Positions 9,218-17,857 of a stretch of DNA of 44,725 bases are shown in pieces. Within the stretch, counting starts at the first letter, position 1; every line of letters starts with the position of its first letter. This DNA comes from a virus. A model generated the notes under the pieces. It saw only the letters and a list, made by a program, of their open reading frames with translations. It was not told the DNA's origin and did no database searches. The translations under genes were made by a program, and so were the position numbers. The stretch lies in the IMG/VR virus record IMGVR_UViG_3300045988_053705, positions 1 to 44,725 of that record. One strand, written 5' to 3'.

Positions 9218-11445
9218 TGGTACAAATGGCAGATCAAAATACTCGTATCAATGGTAGATATGCTCCTACAGTAAACTATAGTGCAGCTGTAAAAGCTCCT
9301 ACACCTACTCCTAGAAATATTCCTAAGTATAAGGCAGATGTTAATATAGATCTGTCTGGACTTGGTAGAGCTATTGAAGAGCTTACTAAAACTAAACCAG
9401 ACTATAATGGATATGTGCTAGCTGTTGATGAAATTGTACAAGGACAGAGACAGGGCAGATATAACTATGAGCAAGCTGAAACACGTATTAGAGCTTTAAC
9501 TGATCAGTACATGGCTCAAGGTTATGATGCATTAGAGCTTGCAAAGAGACGTGAGAAGTTTGATGGAGGTTTGTATGCTCTGTCACAGCAACAGCAAAAG
9601 ATTATTGCAGACCATGAGACAAAGAGACAGACTGCTGAAATAGAAGAGTTCAGAGCTGCCAATGATTATGCTAAAGGGTGGACTGATAGTAGAGTTAAGA
9701 TGTTCATTGAAAGATCTAATCATATTCAAGACACTGTTAATTACTATAACACAGCTCTCAGTGATATGGGATTGTCTGATGAAGATAGAGAGAAGCTTAC
9801 TGTAGAACGTGATAAAGCTTTTGATGAGCTTGGTGTTCTTAATATGCATAGGATTATCCAGAATAAGTTGAATGCTGGAGAAGAGATTACTCAAGAGTTC
9901 TTTACAGACTTAGGTAATATGGTAGTACAGCAGGGTGTTGCTAATGGTATGGACTATAGAGAAGCTACCCTTAACAAAGATGCTATGATGCGTTCAATGG
10001 ATGTAGGTACTCTTATGCAGAACAAGTATAAGGATATTGTAGACAATACAGAAGCTATGAAGAAAGCTATGAACTACCTTGATGCAGGTACTCAGCAAGC
10101 TGTAAGAAGCATCCCTGAAGGTGCTTTAATGTACAACATTCCTCATGAGGTTATTCCATATCTTAGACAAGGTAATGAAAACTTCTTATCACAGTTTGCT
10201 AATAAAGTCTATAACACAGATACAATAGATAATCAACAGTATCTCTTAGGTCAACCTATTGATAGAGCTATTGACAAAGGTTCTATTCAGGTATCCTCTA
10301 CAGTTCTTAAAGCTAACTTAACAGATAGTAACTATCCTTTATCATTGCTATCAAGACAAGCTGTTGTATTCTCTCAAGATTCTGTAGACTATAATGGTGA
10401 CCTTAAGAACCTTACACCTGATAAAGCTAAAGTAGTGTCTAAGAATGCTAATGATATACTTGGTATTTTAAAGGATCCTGCATTAGCTAGAAGAATGCAA
10501 CAGGCTGAACCAGATCTTAAGAAGCGCTATGAAGATAACACACAAGCTATTGAAGGTGCTAAAGCTTATGCAGATGCTATCATAAAAGATCCTACAGCTG
10601 TTGATAACTTGAATACCTTAATCAATTCTTTTCAAGCTGATAGATTGCGCTATGATGAATCCACTGGTAACCTTGTTATGACTGAAGAAGGAGCTTTCAA
10701 CTGGAAAGATGCAAGCACTTACCTGCCTTCATTAGCTGGTGCAGTTGGTAGAATCTTTAGCAATGATGAAACACTAGCAGAAGTAGATAAGTTTAACAGT
10801 TCTTTTGCAGGCATATCTCCTACAGCTCGTAAAGGTCTTATTAATAACCTCTCTAATGGTGCTGTAAAGCCTCTAGCAGCAGGAGAAAAGGTTGTCAATA
10901 GGGAAGATCAAAGCTTATTCAGTAAGGCTGTAGGAGGGCTTAGAACAGGCGCTACGAATACTTTAAAAGAAGCAGAAGCATTGATGAAGTTTGCTGATAG
11001 ATTGGAGCAGTCTGTTAAATCTGCTGAAGCTACTGGTGCTGTTACTGAAGAAGGTAAACTAAAGAGAGATAGAAAAGCTATAGCAGAAGCAAGAGCAAAG
11101 GCACAAGAGCTTAGAGGATCTGCTAAAGTATCTGGTTCTATTCCTATTGCAGGTGCTTCCTTAAGACCTATTGAAGATTCTGATGGACAGCTTACACCAG
11201 ATATGTATGAGGATGTTCAACAGGTAGGTAAAGATAAAATAGATATACCTGCTAAGCCTAACTTAAAAGGTATCATAGACAAGAACAGTCCTGCATATAA
11301 GAATGTTGAGAATAGAATAAAAGATATTGAAAGCTCTATTGCAGAGATGGATAATGCTGATAGAGAGTATGATGCTAATGAGTATCTAAAGCTTTCAACA
11401 GAACGTAGAGTACTCTTACAGCTATTGGATAGAATGGAGGAGTAA
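9217..11445 (+). CDS. Internal virion protein, 742 aa, with predicted coiled-coil and acidic regions
   Basis: ATGG overlap with the preceding stop. Size and position resemble T7 gp15-class core proteins. Confidence 0.6.
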   Translation: MVQMADQNTRINGRYAPTVNYSAAVKAPTPTPRNIPKYKADVNIDLSGLGRAIEELTKTKPDYNGYVLAVDEIVQGQRQGRYNYEQAETRIRALTDQYMAQGYDALELAKRREKFDGGLYALSQQQQKIIADHETKRQTAEIEEFRAANDYAKGWTDSRVKMFIERSNHIQDTVNYYNTALSDMGLSDEDREKLTVERDKAFDELGVLNMHRIIQNKLNAGEEITQEFFTDLGNMVVQQGVANGMDYREATLNKDAMMRSMDVGTLMQNKYKDIVDNTEAMKKAMNYLDAGTQQAVRSIPEGALMYNIPHEVIPYLRQGNENFLSQFANKVYNTDTIDNQQYLLGQPIDRAIDKGSIQVSSTVLKANLTDSNYPLSLLSRQAVVFSQDSVDYNGDLKNLTPDKAKVVSKNANDILGILKDPALARRMQQAEPDLKKRYEDNTQAIEGAKAYADAIIKDPTAVDNLNTLINSFQADRLRYDESTGNLVMTEEGAFNWKDASTYLPSLAGAVGRIFSNDETLAEVDKFNSSFAGISPTARKGLINNLSNGAVKPLAAGEKVVNREDQSLFSKAVGGLRTGATNTLKEAEALMKFADRLEQSVKSAEATGAVTEEGKLKRDRKAIAEARAKAQELRGSAKVSGSIPIAGASLRPIEDSDGQLTPDMYEDVQQVGKDKIDIPAKPNLKGIIDKNSPAYKNVENRIKDIESSIAEMDNADREYDANEYLKLSTERRVLLQLLDRMEE

Positions 11446-11446
11446 A

Positions 11447-11584
11447 TGTGGAAGTTTATAAAGAAACACAGAAAGAAAGTAGCAGCTGCTATAGGTGTCA
11501 TTGTAATAGCTGGTGTAGCTTTTGTATATCCTGAGCATGCTGAGACAGTTGCTAGAGCTTTCTTAATTGTTATAGGAGCACTAT
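11447..11584 (+). CDS. Small 45-aa membrane protein, not in the supplied ORF track. Possible holin or antiholin-like lysis protein.
   Basis: GGAGGAG ribosome-binding site 5 nt upstream of the ATG. Basic N-terminus followed by the transmembrane segment AAAIGVIVIAGVAFV. It is the last part of the late operon, next to the convergent endolysin. Confidence 0.35.
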
Positions 11585-11587
11585 GAT

Positions 11588-11833
11588 ATGAAGGCTGTAA
11601 TAGTTGCTATTGTATTAGCAGTACTTTTAGGAATAACTATTAAAGATAATATTGAAAAGAGAAATGAAATAGGTGAACTTAAAGAATCTATTACAGCCTT
11701 TAATAATGCTGAGAAGAAATCTATTAAGACTATCACCAAGATAAGAGAAGTAGTAAAGAATGTTAAAGAACCATGTGATTGTTATAATCAGTCTCTTCCT
11801 GATGATGTTATTAAGCTCTTGCAAAAGCTCTAA
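11588..11833 (+). CDS. Membrane-anchored protein with N-terminal transmembrane segment and helical periplasmic part (i-spanin-like or holin-like)
   Basis: N-terminal AVIVAIVLAVLLGI transmembrane segment, then a charged helical region. Terminal gene of the late operon, abutting the lysis genes. Confidence 0.35.
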   Translation: MKAVIVAIVLAVLLGITIKDNIEKRNEIGELKESITAFNNAEKKSIKTITKIREVVKNVKEPCDCYNQSLPDDVIKLLQKL

Positions 11834-11977
11834 TGTTATCAAAGAAGAATGCTTAAAGACTTGTACAACTTATGGAGATGTATTAGATTGCTCTATAAAA
11901 ATGTATAATAAGCAGTAGTATTACCTCGGCCAACCTTCTAAAGAAATTATACACTACTTTATTGCTACTGTCAAGTG

Positions 11978-12406
11978 TTATTTTACATAGGCCTTGCTTC
12001 TGCCATATTTAGCTAATAAGTCTGCCATGTTATTATGTATATTTTTATCTTTATAAGCTGATGAATGAGCTTTAACTTTAGCTACAGATACACCTAAGCG
12101 TCTTATTTTATAGGCCATCATCTTCATATGCATGTGCTCTATATACTGTTGATGTGTCCTTGGTTTATCTTTTATATTGTCATCAATATATTGAAGAGCT
12201 GTTTGAGAATCTGTATAGATAGTAGCATCCTTGCCATGCAATATAATAGCTGCTACATATATTGCAAACATCTCTCCGTAGTTATTAGAAGAGGCTTTTA
12301 CAAAGTTACTTATGCTTCTTTCTTTAATACCTTTATTGAATACTATGCCAATCCCTGCTATATTTCTCTTAGCATCATAAGAAGAATCTGTAAAAGCCTC
12401 TATCAT
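11978..12406 (-). CDS. rnh: Ribonuclease H (RNase HI-like)
   Basis: TIYTDSQ motif and C-terminal VKAHSS...NNMADLLAK, which matches the RNase HI pattern VKGHxGxxxNExxDxLA. Last gene of the leftward block. Confidence 0.65.
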   Translation of the reverse strand: MIEAFTDSSYDAKRNIAGIGIVFNKGIKERSISNFVKASSNNYGEMFAIYVAAIILHGKDATIYTDSQTALQYIDDNIKDKPRTHQQYIEHMHMKMMAYKIRRLGVSVAKVKAHSSAYKDKNIHNNMADLLAKYGRSKAYVK

Positions 12407-12410
12407 TTTC

Positions 12411-12851
12411 TTATCCTTTCATTAGATGTGCTAACTTAATAGCTCTATTACCAACTTGCTTAGCCCACATACTGTCTAACATCTCTTTAGAAGCATCCTC
12501 GTAAAGACCCTTTTTAAGGGCTGTGAGCATCTTCTTAAAAGCTTTGGTACGAGCATAGCCCATATTAAAACACATGTCTGTAAGGACGTAAAAACGCTGT
12601 TCAATTAGCTGTTTATAATCTATATCATAGTCTTTACATATTCTCATAGCATCTTGAACAGCCCTATTCCAGTCTGCATTAAATAAGTAATCTGCTTCTA
12701 ACTTACTAATACCAACGTCTTCAAGATTCCTGCCATAACCTATTGTAGTTTTACCAGCAGAACATTTATAAGGCTTTAATCTTAGCCCTTCAAAGGCTTT
12801 TGTCATTTCTTTATACATAGGCAACAGCTCCTGTAACAATACCAAATACAA
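12411..12851 (-). CDS. Endolysin, GH24 phage lysozyme (T4 lysozyme family)
   Basis: N-terminal FEGLRLKPYKCSAGKTTIGYGRNL closely matches the T4 lysozyme catalytic signature EGLRLKxYxDxxGxxTIGxGH. Confidence 0.85.
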   Translation of the reverse strand: MYLVLLQELLPMYKEMTKAFEGLRLKPYKCSAGKTTIGYGRNLEDVGISKLEADYLFNADWNRAVQDAMRICKDYDIDYKQLIEQRFYVLTDMCFNMGYARTKAFKKMLTALKKGLYEDASKEMLDSMWAKQVGNRAIKLAHLMKG

Positions 12852-13356
12852 ATCCTACAGCATACTCTCCAGGATACCACGTACCAAACTTCTTCCAGCT
12901 GTAATCATATATGAATGGTACTACAATACCGCATAAGAGATACCAAGGACTTATGAAAGACAGTGGAATCATTGGACAAGTATATCTCAGCAACATCCAC
13001 AGCATATCATATTCTCTTGTGTACCATAGATCTTCAGGTACAAGCTTTTTACAGATCTTGTCAAACCATCTGTCATCATATCTATCAATAGTTCCTTCTG
13101 AAGGATTCTTATCTGTACCTATATCAAAGGCTGGACCATGCCCTCTTGACCAGAACTGGAACTGTACCCATAAAGCTAATGCAGAACCTATAGCAATAGA
13201 GTACCAGTTGTTAAAGTTCCATATAAATAAAGGCAGCATAGAAGCCAGCATAACAACTGTTTGAATACCTCTATGATTACCTAGTACAGTGTTCTTAAAC
13301 TGTCCACCATACCAAGCTCTTAACAAAGCCCACCAAATACCATTAAGAATTATCAT
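12811..13356 (-). CDS. Polytopic membrane protein immediately upstream of the endolysin (possible holin-like or other membrane function)
   Basis: Several Trp-rich hydrophobic segments. Overlaps the lysozyme start by about 40 nt. Confidence 0.4.
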   Translation of the reverse strand: MIILNGIWWALLRAWYGGQFKNTVLGNHRGIQTVVMLASMLPLFIWNFNNWYSIAIGSALALWVQFQFWSRGHGPAFDIGTDKNPSEGTIDRYDDRWFDKICKKLVPEDLWYTREYDMLWMLLRYTCPMIPLSFISPWYLLCGIVVPFIYDYSWKKFGTWYPGEYAVGFVFGIVTGAVAYV

Positions 13357-13534
13357 CTAACACCTCCCAGTAATATTCACATTCTTCATCTTCTTTGTAA
13401 AAGTCTGCTACAGATTGATAGTAGCTAGGCGTAGCCAAAGCTCTATAACAAGTAGAGGCCCTTTTACAGGCCTCCGAATTATGACACATACATATATCAG
13501 CCATGACTAACAATCTCACTACCACAAGAAGCAT
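13343..13534 (-). CDS. Small Cys-rich protein
   Basis: ORF track. CMCHNSEACKRASTC cluster. Confidence 0.3.
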   Translation of the reverse strand: MLLVVVRLLVMADICMCHNSEACKRASTCYRALATPSYYQSVADFYKEDEECEYYWEVLDDNS

Positions 13535-13856
13535 AGCCAGCTATATCAATCCAGCTATCCTCATGTCTCTCATCTGATTTAAGTCTTGCGCATTTCATAA
13601 GGATCATCATAATAGCTACATCTTCAGGATGAATAACAATAGAAGTATCGCCATCATCTAAATAAGCTGTCCAAAGCATTGCAATATTTCTAAAGTTATC
13701 TTCAGGAGATCCGTAATGTTCTTCTCTAGCACCTGTAATAATTTCTTTAGCTTTATCTAATAACTCTGTTCGCTTCATTTCTCTTCTCTCCAATAGCTTC
13801 ATAAACTTCATCAAGCAATTCCATAATTTCACCCATGATTCTATAGCAGTCATCAA
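13497..13856 (-). CDS. Hypothetical protein with conserved HYGSPEDNFRNIAMLWTAYL motif
   Basis: ORF track. I recall this motif from uncharacterised phage proteins but cannot name the family. Confidence 0.4.
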   Translation of the reverse strand: MMTAIESWVKLWNCLMKFMKLLERREMKRTELLDKAKEIITGAREEHYGSPEDNFRNIAMLWTAYLDDGDTSIVIHPEDVAIMMILMKCARLKSDERHEDSWIDIAGYASCGSEIVSHG

Positions 13857-13930
13857 GCTTTACATTGTCTAGCTGTAACATATCATGACCATACATATCT
13901 TCTTCAGCATCATAGAATATTTCAGTAACA

Positions 13931-14290
13931 CTAAGCGGCATCATCTGGTGTATCTCCTAAATGTGCAACAGCAGCGTCTTCACAGAAACATTTACGACTC
14001 TCAAACTCGCTGTATTTGCCTACATTATATTCTGTTGAAGGTCTTATGTAGCCCATAACGCGACTGTACACTTCACAAATAGTTCTCTTACTGCCATCTT
14101 TAAAAGTTACTGTCATGTCTCCACTAACTTCTGCAACATCATCTTCAGGGATACGATTAGCTTTTAATATCCCTCTTGCCCACTCGCTTAACATTATTCT
14201 TCCTCCATTTATCAAATTGAAATAAACAACTATCGCAACCTTTAGCAGATATAGGCAAGATAGCACCACACTTAGGACAAAGCTTTGCAC
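13931..14290 (-). CDS. Small protein with an RVxGY glycyl-radical-like motif resembling the NrdD C-terminus. The true start is probably the internal Met at about 14194.
   Basis: The C-terminal segment YSRVMGYIRPSTEYNVGKYSEFESRK matches, in order, the RVCGY glycyl-radical motif and a following N-x-G-K-x-x-E-x-x-x-R spacing recalled from NrdD C-termini, without the Cys. Confidence 0.35.
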   Translation of the reverse strand: MQSFVLSVVLSCLYLLKVAIVVYFNLINGGRIMLSEWARGILKANRIPEDDVAEVSGDMTVTFKDGSKRTICEVYSRVMGYIRPSTEYNVGKYSEFESRKCFCEDAAVAHLGDTPDDAA

Positions 14291-14393
14291 AACTATTTAA
14301 GAACTTCTGTTGTCTTATTAAAAACTTTGGGATATAAGGACCCTGTGCCTGTCTGTATGCAAGCTCTGCATAGTTCTTATTTATGTTGAACAC
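14157..14393 (-). CDS. Zinc-ribbon protein (CxxC...CPKCG...CxxC). Possibly the upstream half of a split NrdD C-terminal module.
   Basis: CAKLCPKCGAILPISAKGCDSC. It overlaps the next ORF in a different frame. Confidence 0.4.
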   Translation of the reverse strand: MFNINKNYAELAYRQAQGPYIPKFLIRQQKFLNSCAKLCPKCGAILPISAKGCDSCLFQFDKWRKNNVKRVGKRDIKS

Positions 14394-14865
14394 TCTTTAA
14401 CTCCTTAATGTATTGCGCTATCAATAAAGCCTCTGCTCTGCCATCCTTGCTAGCTGTTAATTTATCTGCCACAGAAGGGAAGAGTTCCTTTGCCAGTTCT
14501 ATTGACTTATGCTTTTTCTGTGTCTTAGTAAAAGACTTGTCAAAGACTAAACCAAAGTGCTTCTTCCATATCTGTGGCTTTACCTTTTGAAAGATACCTA
14601 TAGAATACCCTACTAATTCTGCCATACCTGCTAGCTTCATAAAGGTTGTGTTAGCTTGACAAGACTGTCCAGGTCTACCACATACATCTTCAACAGCTAC
14701 GTAAGTATCTTCATAAGAACCTACAAAATCTTCTAAGTCTTGTAGAAGATACCAGTATATGTGGTAGTCTTTGGACAGGTCTATAATGTGTAACACATTA
14801 CCGCAATCATCTATAGCAGCTACTGCACCTTTAGCACCAGGATCTATTCCAATGTATCTATTCAT
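14377..14865 (-). CDS. RuvC-like Holliday junction resolvase
   Basis: N-terminal MNRYIGIDPGAKGAVAAID matches the RuvC fold signature (IGIDPGxxxxGxAxxD). Acidic residues follow downstream (VAVEDVCGRPGQ). Confidence 0.65.
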   Translation of the reverse strand: MNRYIGIDPGAKGAVAAIDDCGNVLHIIDLSKDYHIYWYLLQDLEDFVGSYEDTYVAVEDVCGRPGQSCQANTTFMKLAGMAELVGYSIGIFQKVKPQIWKKHFGLVFDKSFTKTQKKHKSIELAKELFPSVADKLTASKDGRAEALLIAQYIKELKSVQHK

Positions 14866-15050
14866 TCATCAATCCTTGTATAATAATCATCTCCAGATAT
14901 AAATTCTTCTTTATGCTCCAACAGTTCTGTCTTAATCCTATACAGGAGCCATTCAGTATCCTTACCAAGAATATACAGAACATCCTCGATACTATAAAGA
15001 CTTGCAATACGCTGTATTAAATCCTGTAAAGACAATCTAAGTTCCTCCAT
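14862..15050 (-). CDS. Hypothetical small protein
   Basis: ORF track, translationally coupled. Confidence 0.3.
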   Translation of the reverse strand: MEELRLSLQDLIQRIASLYSIEDVLYILGKDTEWLLYRIKTELLEHKEEFISGDDYYTRIDE

Positions 15051-15733
15051 ATGAAAGTTCTAGACTCTGTATCAATCTCTGTAAAGCCTAAAGACCACTT
15101 ATTGCGTGTTTGCACAGCCCATGTAGAAGGCTCCATCATAAAGCAAGGACATCTCATACCGAATATAGGTTTATCAAGAGCATATGAAAAGCTCTCAAAG
15201 TAATCCTTATGATGCCCATGACCAACTACAATGTCACTATGCCAGTTTTCTACAAGCTCCTGTGCAGTAGTACATACTGTATCTGATAGACCCTTATGTG
15301 CACAATGTACAAAGGTAATACCATCAATCTGTATAGGCTCTAGGTAGTCATACACAGACCAACCATTACGCTCAAAGTATTCTGCAACAGCTGTTATGCC
15401 GTTACGAACATCATGATTGCCTAGTGTAAGAACTAACCTAGGTCTATACAGTCTCTTATGATTTAATCTTTGTACTCTGTTATAGCCTTCAAAGACCTTG
15501 TTAAAGTTGCTAACAGCTCTATCAACAGCTTCCATCTCTTCTTCAAAAGTATTGACACCTCTGCTAGCAACTCTCCAAGCTTGACTATTAAAGTCTGCAA
15601 CATCGCCTAAGTGAACTATTACATCTGGTTTAGCTTTTATACAGCAGTACTGTGCAAGCATATACCAAAGACTTTCAGAGTCTTCAACATTGCTTGGAGA
15701 AATATGTGTATCAGCTATCACCAGTATTTTCAT
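15017..15733 (-). CDS. Calcineurin-like metallophosphoesterase (Mre11/SbcD-type phosphoesterase)
   Basis: Ordered motifs DTH (ILVIADTHIS), GD (HLGDVAD), GNHD (TLGNHDV) and GHGHH. Confidence 0.8.
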   Translation of the reverse strand: MKILVIADTHISPSNVEDSESLWYMLAQYCCIKAKPDVIVHLGDVADFNSQAWRVASRGVNTFEEEMEAVDRAVSNFNKVFEGYNRVQRLNHKRLYRPRLVLTLGNHDVRNGITAVAEYFERNGWSVYDYLEPIQIDGITFVHCAHKGLSDTVCTTAQELVENWHSDIVVGHGHHKDYFESFSYALDKPIFGMRCPCFMMEPSTWAVQTRNKWSLGFTEIDTESRTFIWRNLDCLYRI

Positions 15734-15736
15734 AGG

Positions 15737-16042
15737 CTATTTACCTTCTTCTAATAATTTCTTTGTGTTCTCTACAGAGGCTTTAGTAGCCTCCATATAT
15801 TTCTTAGCTTGCTCTGCTTTCTTATCTTGTTCAATCTCAATAAGTTTATCAACAGCTTCTAAGATTTCTTTCATAGATTCCTTTACAACAACAGCACCTT
15901 CTTCAAACTGCATCACAGTTCTTTCAGGTTCAGCAAACATCAGAGGTCTTTTAGTAACATCGAAATAGAATGTTGTAGGTTCTTTACCATCTGCTGTAAG
16001 CTCAATAAAAGGTCTCCATTTAGTTTCAGTAATCGTAATCAA
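15737..16042 (-). CDS. Hypothetical acidic, Lys-rich protein
   Basis: ORF track. Confidence 0.4.
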   Translation of the reverse strand: MITITETKWRPFIELTADGKEPTTFYFDVTKRPLMFAEPERTVMQFEEGAVVVKESMKEILEAVDKLIEIEQDKKAEQAKKYMEATKASVENTKKLLEEGK

Positions 16043-16064
16043 ATATCTATCTCCTTTAATATAT

Positions 16065-16913
16065 TCAGAAGTCTATGACTTCATCTACAATAGGTTCTTT
16101 TTCAATATGTGTTAGGTACTTAATACCACTAGAATATCTAAAAGCTCTTAAGTTCTCCCAACATTTCTTTTTATAAGGACAGAATGTACAGCCTTTATCA
16201 AGACATCTGTTACCACTCTTGCCATCTGGTATATCTTGATAGCACTTAGTCTCTGGTGGTGTATCTTTAGCTAATGCAGCTTTACAATTCTCTATAAGAA
16301 CTTTAGTATCTGGCATATCAAAGTCTCTATCAGGCTGATATAAACACAACTCACCAGTTACTTTATTCATTACAAAGAATGCAGGATTACCTTTACCAAC
16401 TTCTTCATCGTATGATGCTATCTGTGCAAGGTAACCAAAGGGATCGTCATCAGCAAGAGAGCCTAATAAGAATTTCATAAAGCTTCTTTGACTAGCTGAC
16501 TTAACATCGACAACTTCCCCATCAATGATGCTATCAATATGTCCTACGATACCGTGATGTCTTACTTCTCGTTGACAATCTTTAACATCATGACCAGCTA
16601 TCTTAGCTAACCACAGTACTAATGTCTCAATAATATCTCCATATAAAAACTTCAGTCGATTATGTGGAGGCACTTCTGAAGAATCTATAGGATCTTTTAA
16701 CTCATACCACAATTTCCTTAAAGGTTTCCCTATTGATGATAAGGATAAGTGGTCACGTCTTTTAGAAGACTGTGAAAGTCTGTTAATAATAGTCGCCGTT
16801 AAGGCTTCTGAAAGGAAAGAGATATCTTCTTGTTTAATATTTTCACAGTCTTCTAAAACTTTGTACACGTCCTCTACTAGACTAGATAGGTCTTTAGATG
16901 AGGTCTTCATCAC
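16065..16913 (-). CDS. PD-(D/E)xK nuclease of the Cas4/RecB family with a C-terminal Cys cluster
   Basis: GHIDSIIDGEVVDVKS (D...D/E-x-K) plus CLDKGCTFCPYKKKC near the C-terminus, which is typical of Cas4/AddB-type iron-sulfur nucleases. Confidence 0.55.
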   Translation of the reverse strand: MMKTSSKDLSSLVEDVYKVLEDCENIKQEDISFLSEALTATIINRLSQSSKRRDHLSLSSIGKPLRKLWYELKDPIDSSEVPPHNRLKFLYGDIIETLVLWLAKIAGHDVKDCQREVRHHGIVGHIDSIIDGEVVDVKSASQRSFMKFLLGSLADDDPFGYLAQIASYDEEVGKGNPAFFVMNKVTGELCLYQPDRDFDMPDTKVLIENCKAALAKDTPPETKCYQDIPDGKSGNRCLDKGCTFCPYKKKCWENLRAFRYSSGIKYLTHIEKEPIVDEVIDF

Positions 16914-17352
16914 TATCTACAGATGCTTCAAAGATGTCATCATCATCTCCAAAGTCATCATCACCAGAGTACTGTTTGAGTTCTACAATCTTGATTGCAC
17001 CAAGACCTGCAAAAGCTCCAAACTTCTGTGTGTTATATTGATTTACTTTTACGTGTGCTACTGTACCATTGCCAATCTGTGCAAGTTCTGCATCAGTCAT
17101 TAGTCTTTTGATACCTTTATCCATAGTATACACACGAGGTTTAACAGTAGACTTAAGAGTGATAGTAACTTCTCCATCTTTCTCTTTAAGCTTCTGCCGT
17201 TTACTCATAACACCCTCAATAAGTTTTTTATTAGTTTCATCAAGGACTACATCAACTTGATATTTGTTTGATGCAAACTCTCCTTGTGAATTAGGCTTAT
17301 CTAAATAAGACCATTTAAGTTTAACGTTCTTCAACAATACTTCATTTGCCAT
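16894..17352 (-). CDS. Single-stranded DNA-binding protein (T7 gp2.5-like) with acidic C-terminal tail
   Basis: 152 aa with C-terminal DDDFGDDDDIFEASVDSDEDLI. It sits in the replication module between the nuclease and the polymerase. Confidence 0.5.
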   Translation of the reverse strand: MANEVLLKNVKLKWSYLDKPNSQGEFASNKYQVDVVLDETNKKLIEGVMSKRQKLKEKDGEVTITLKSTVKPRVYTMDKGIKRLMTDAELAQIGNGTVAHVKVNQYNTQKFGAFAGLGAIKIVELKQYSGDDDFGDDDDIFEASVDSDEDLI

Positions 17353-17383
17353 TAGTTTCTCCTTACAAATAAACTATACCAGA

Positions 17384-17692
17384 CTATCTCTGATTTGTCA
17401 AGTTACTTTTTATAATAATTTGTTGCTTAACTCTATTGCCTTCTAAAGTACTTAATCTATTCTTTAACTTATTTGTATAGATTCTATCCTTCTCTGTGTA
17501 GGCTCTTCTATCTTCCATAGGTATATCAAACATACTATCACTGGTCATTGTAGAGTCTGGCCAATTCTCTTTGATAAACTCTATAACTTCTTGTGGTTCT
17601 CTTGGTGCATATCCGTGAATAGCATTCTTTATATTGGTACTATGAAAGCCTGTAAAGTTCTCACTGCTGGCTATAACGAAATCAATCTTCAA
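17384..17692 (-). CDS. Hypothetical protein
   Basis: ORF track. Confidence 0.4.
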   Translation of the reverse strand: MKIDFVIASSENFTGFHSTNIKNAIHGYAPREPQEVIEFIKENWPDSTMTSDSMFDIPMEDRRAYTEKDRIYTNKLKNRLSTLEGNRVKQQIIIKSNLTNQR

Positions 17693-17857
17693 CTTTAATA
17701 TACTCCTCTATCAATTTTTCCTTCCAACTGCACGCTTTTAAAAAGTCTTGAAGCTTTCTAGCTAACTCTTCCATATCTAGAGCAGCATCAAAAGACATCT
17801 CAACTGTAGTGTCGTCACACTTATAAAAGAATCTATAAAAGTAATCTCCATTAGACA

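Noticed and set aside
11834-11977. Expected bidirectional terminator hairpin at the convergent junction
   Set aside because: Only weak, interrupted stems are present (AGTAGT/ACTACT with a 40-nt loop), with no GC-rich stem plus T-tract, so I am not calling a terminator here.
12128-12439. Plus-strand ORFs inside the leftward block (12128..12439, 12911..13264, 14408..14590, 15690..15968, 16861..17103, 17069..17260, 19171..19428, 19981..20175, 20481..20729, 21746..21937, 24475..24702, 25836..26051, 26744..26941, 28268..28549, 28661..28855, 30642..30953)
   Set aside because: They are antisense to motif-supported minus-strand genes (lysozyme, polymerase, primase-helicase and others) and are hydrophobic low-complexity translations. 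None has a convincing ribosome-binding site.
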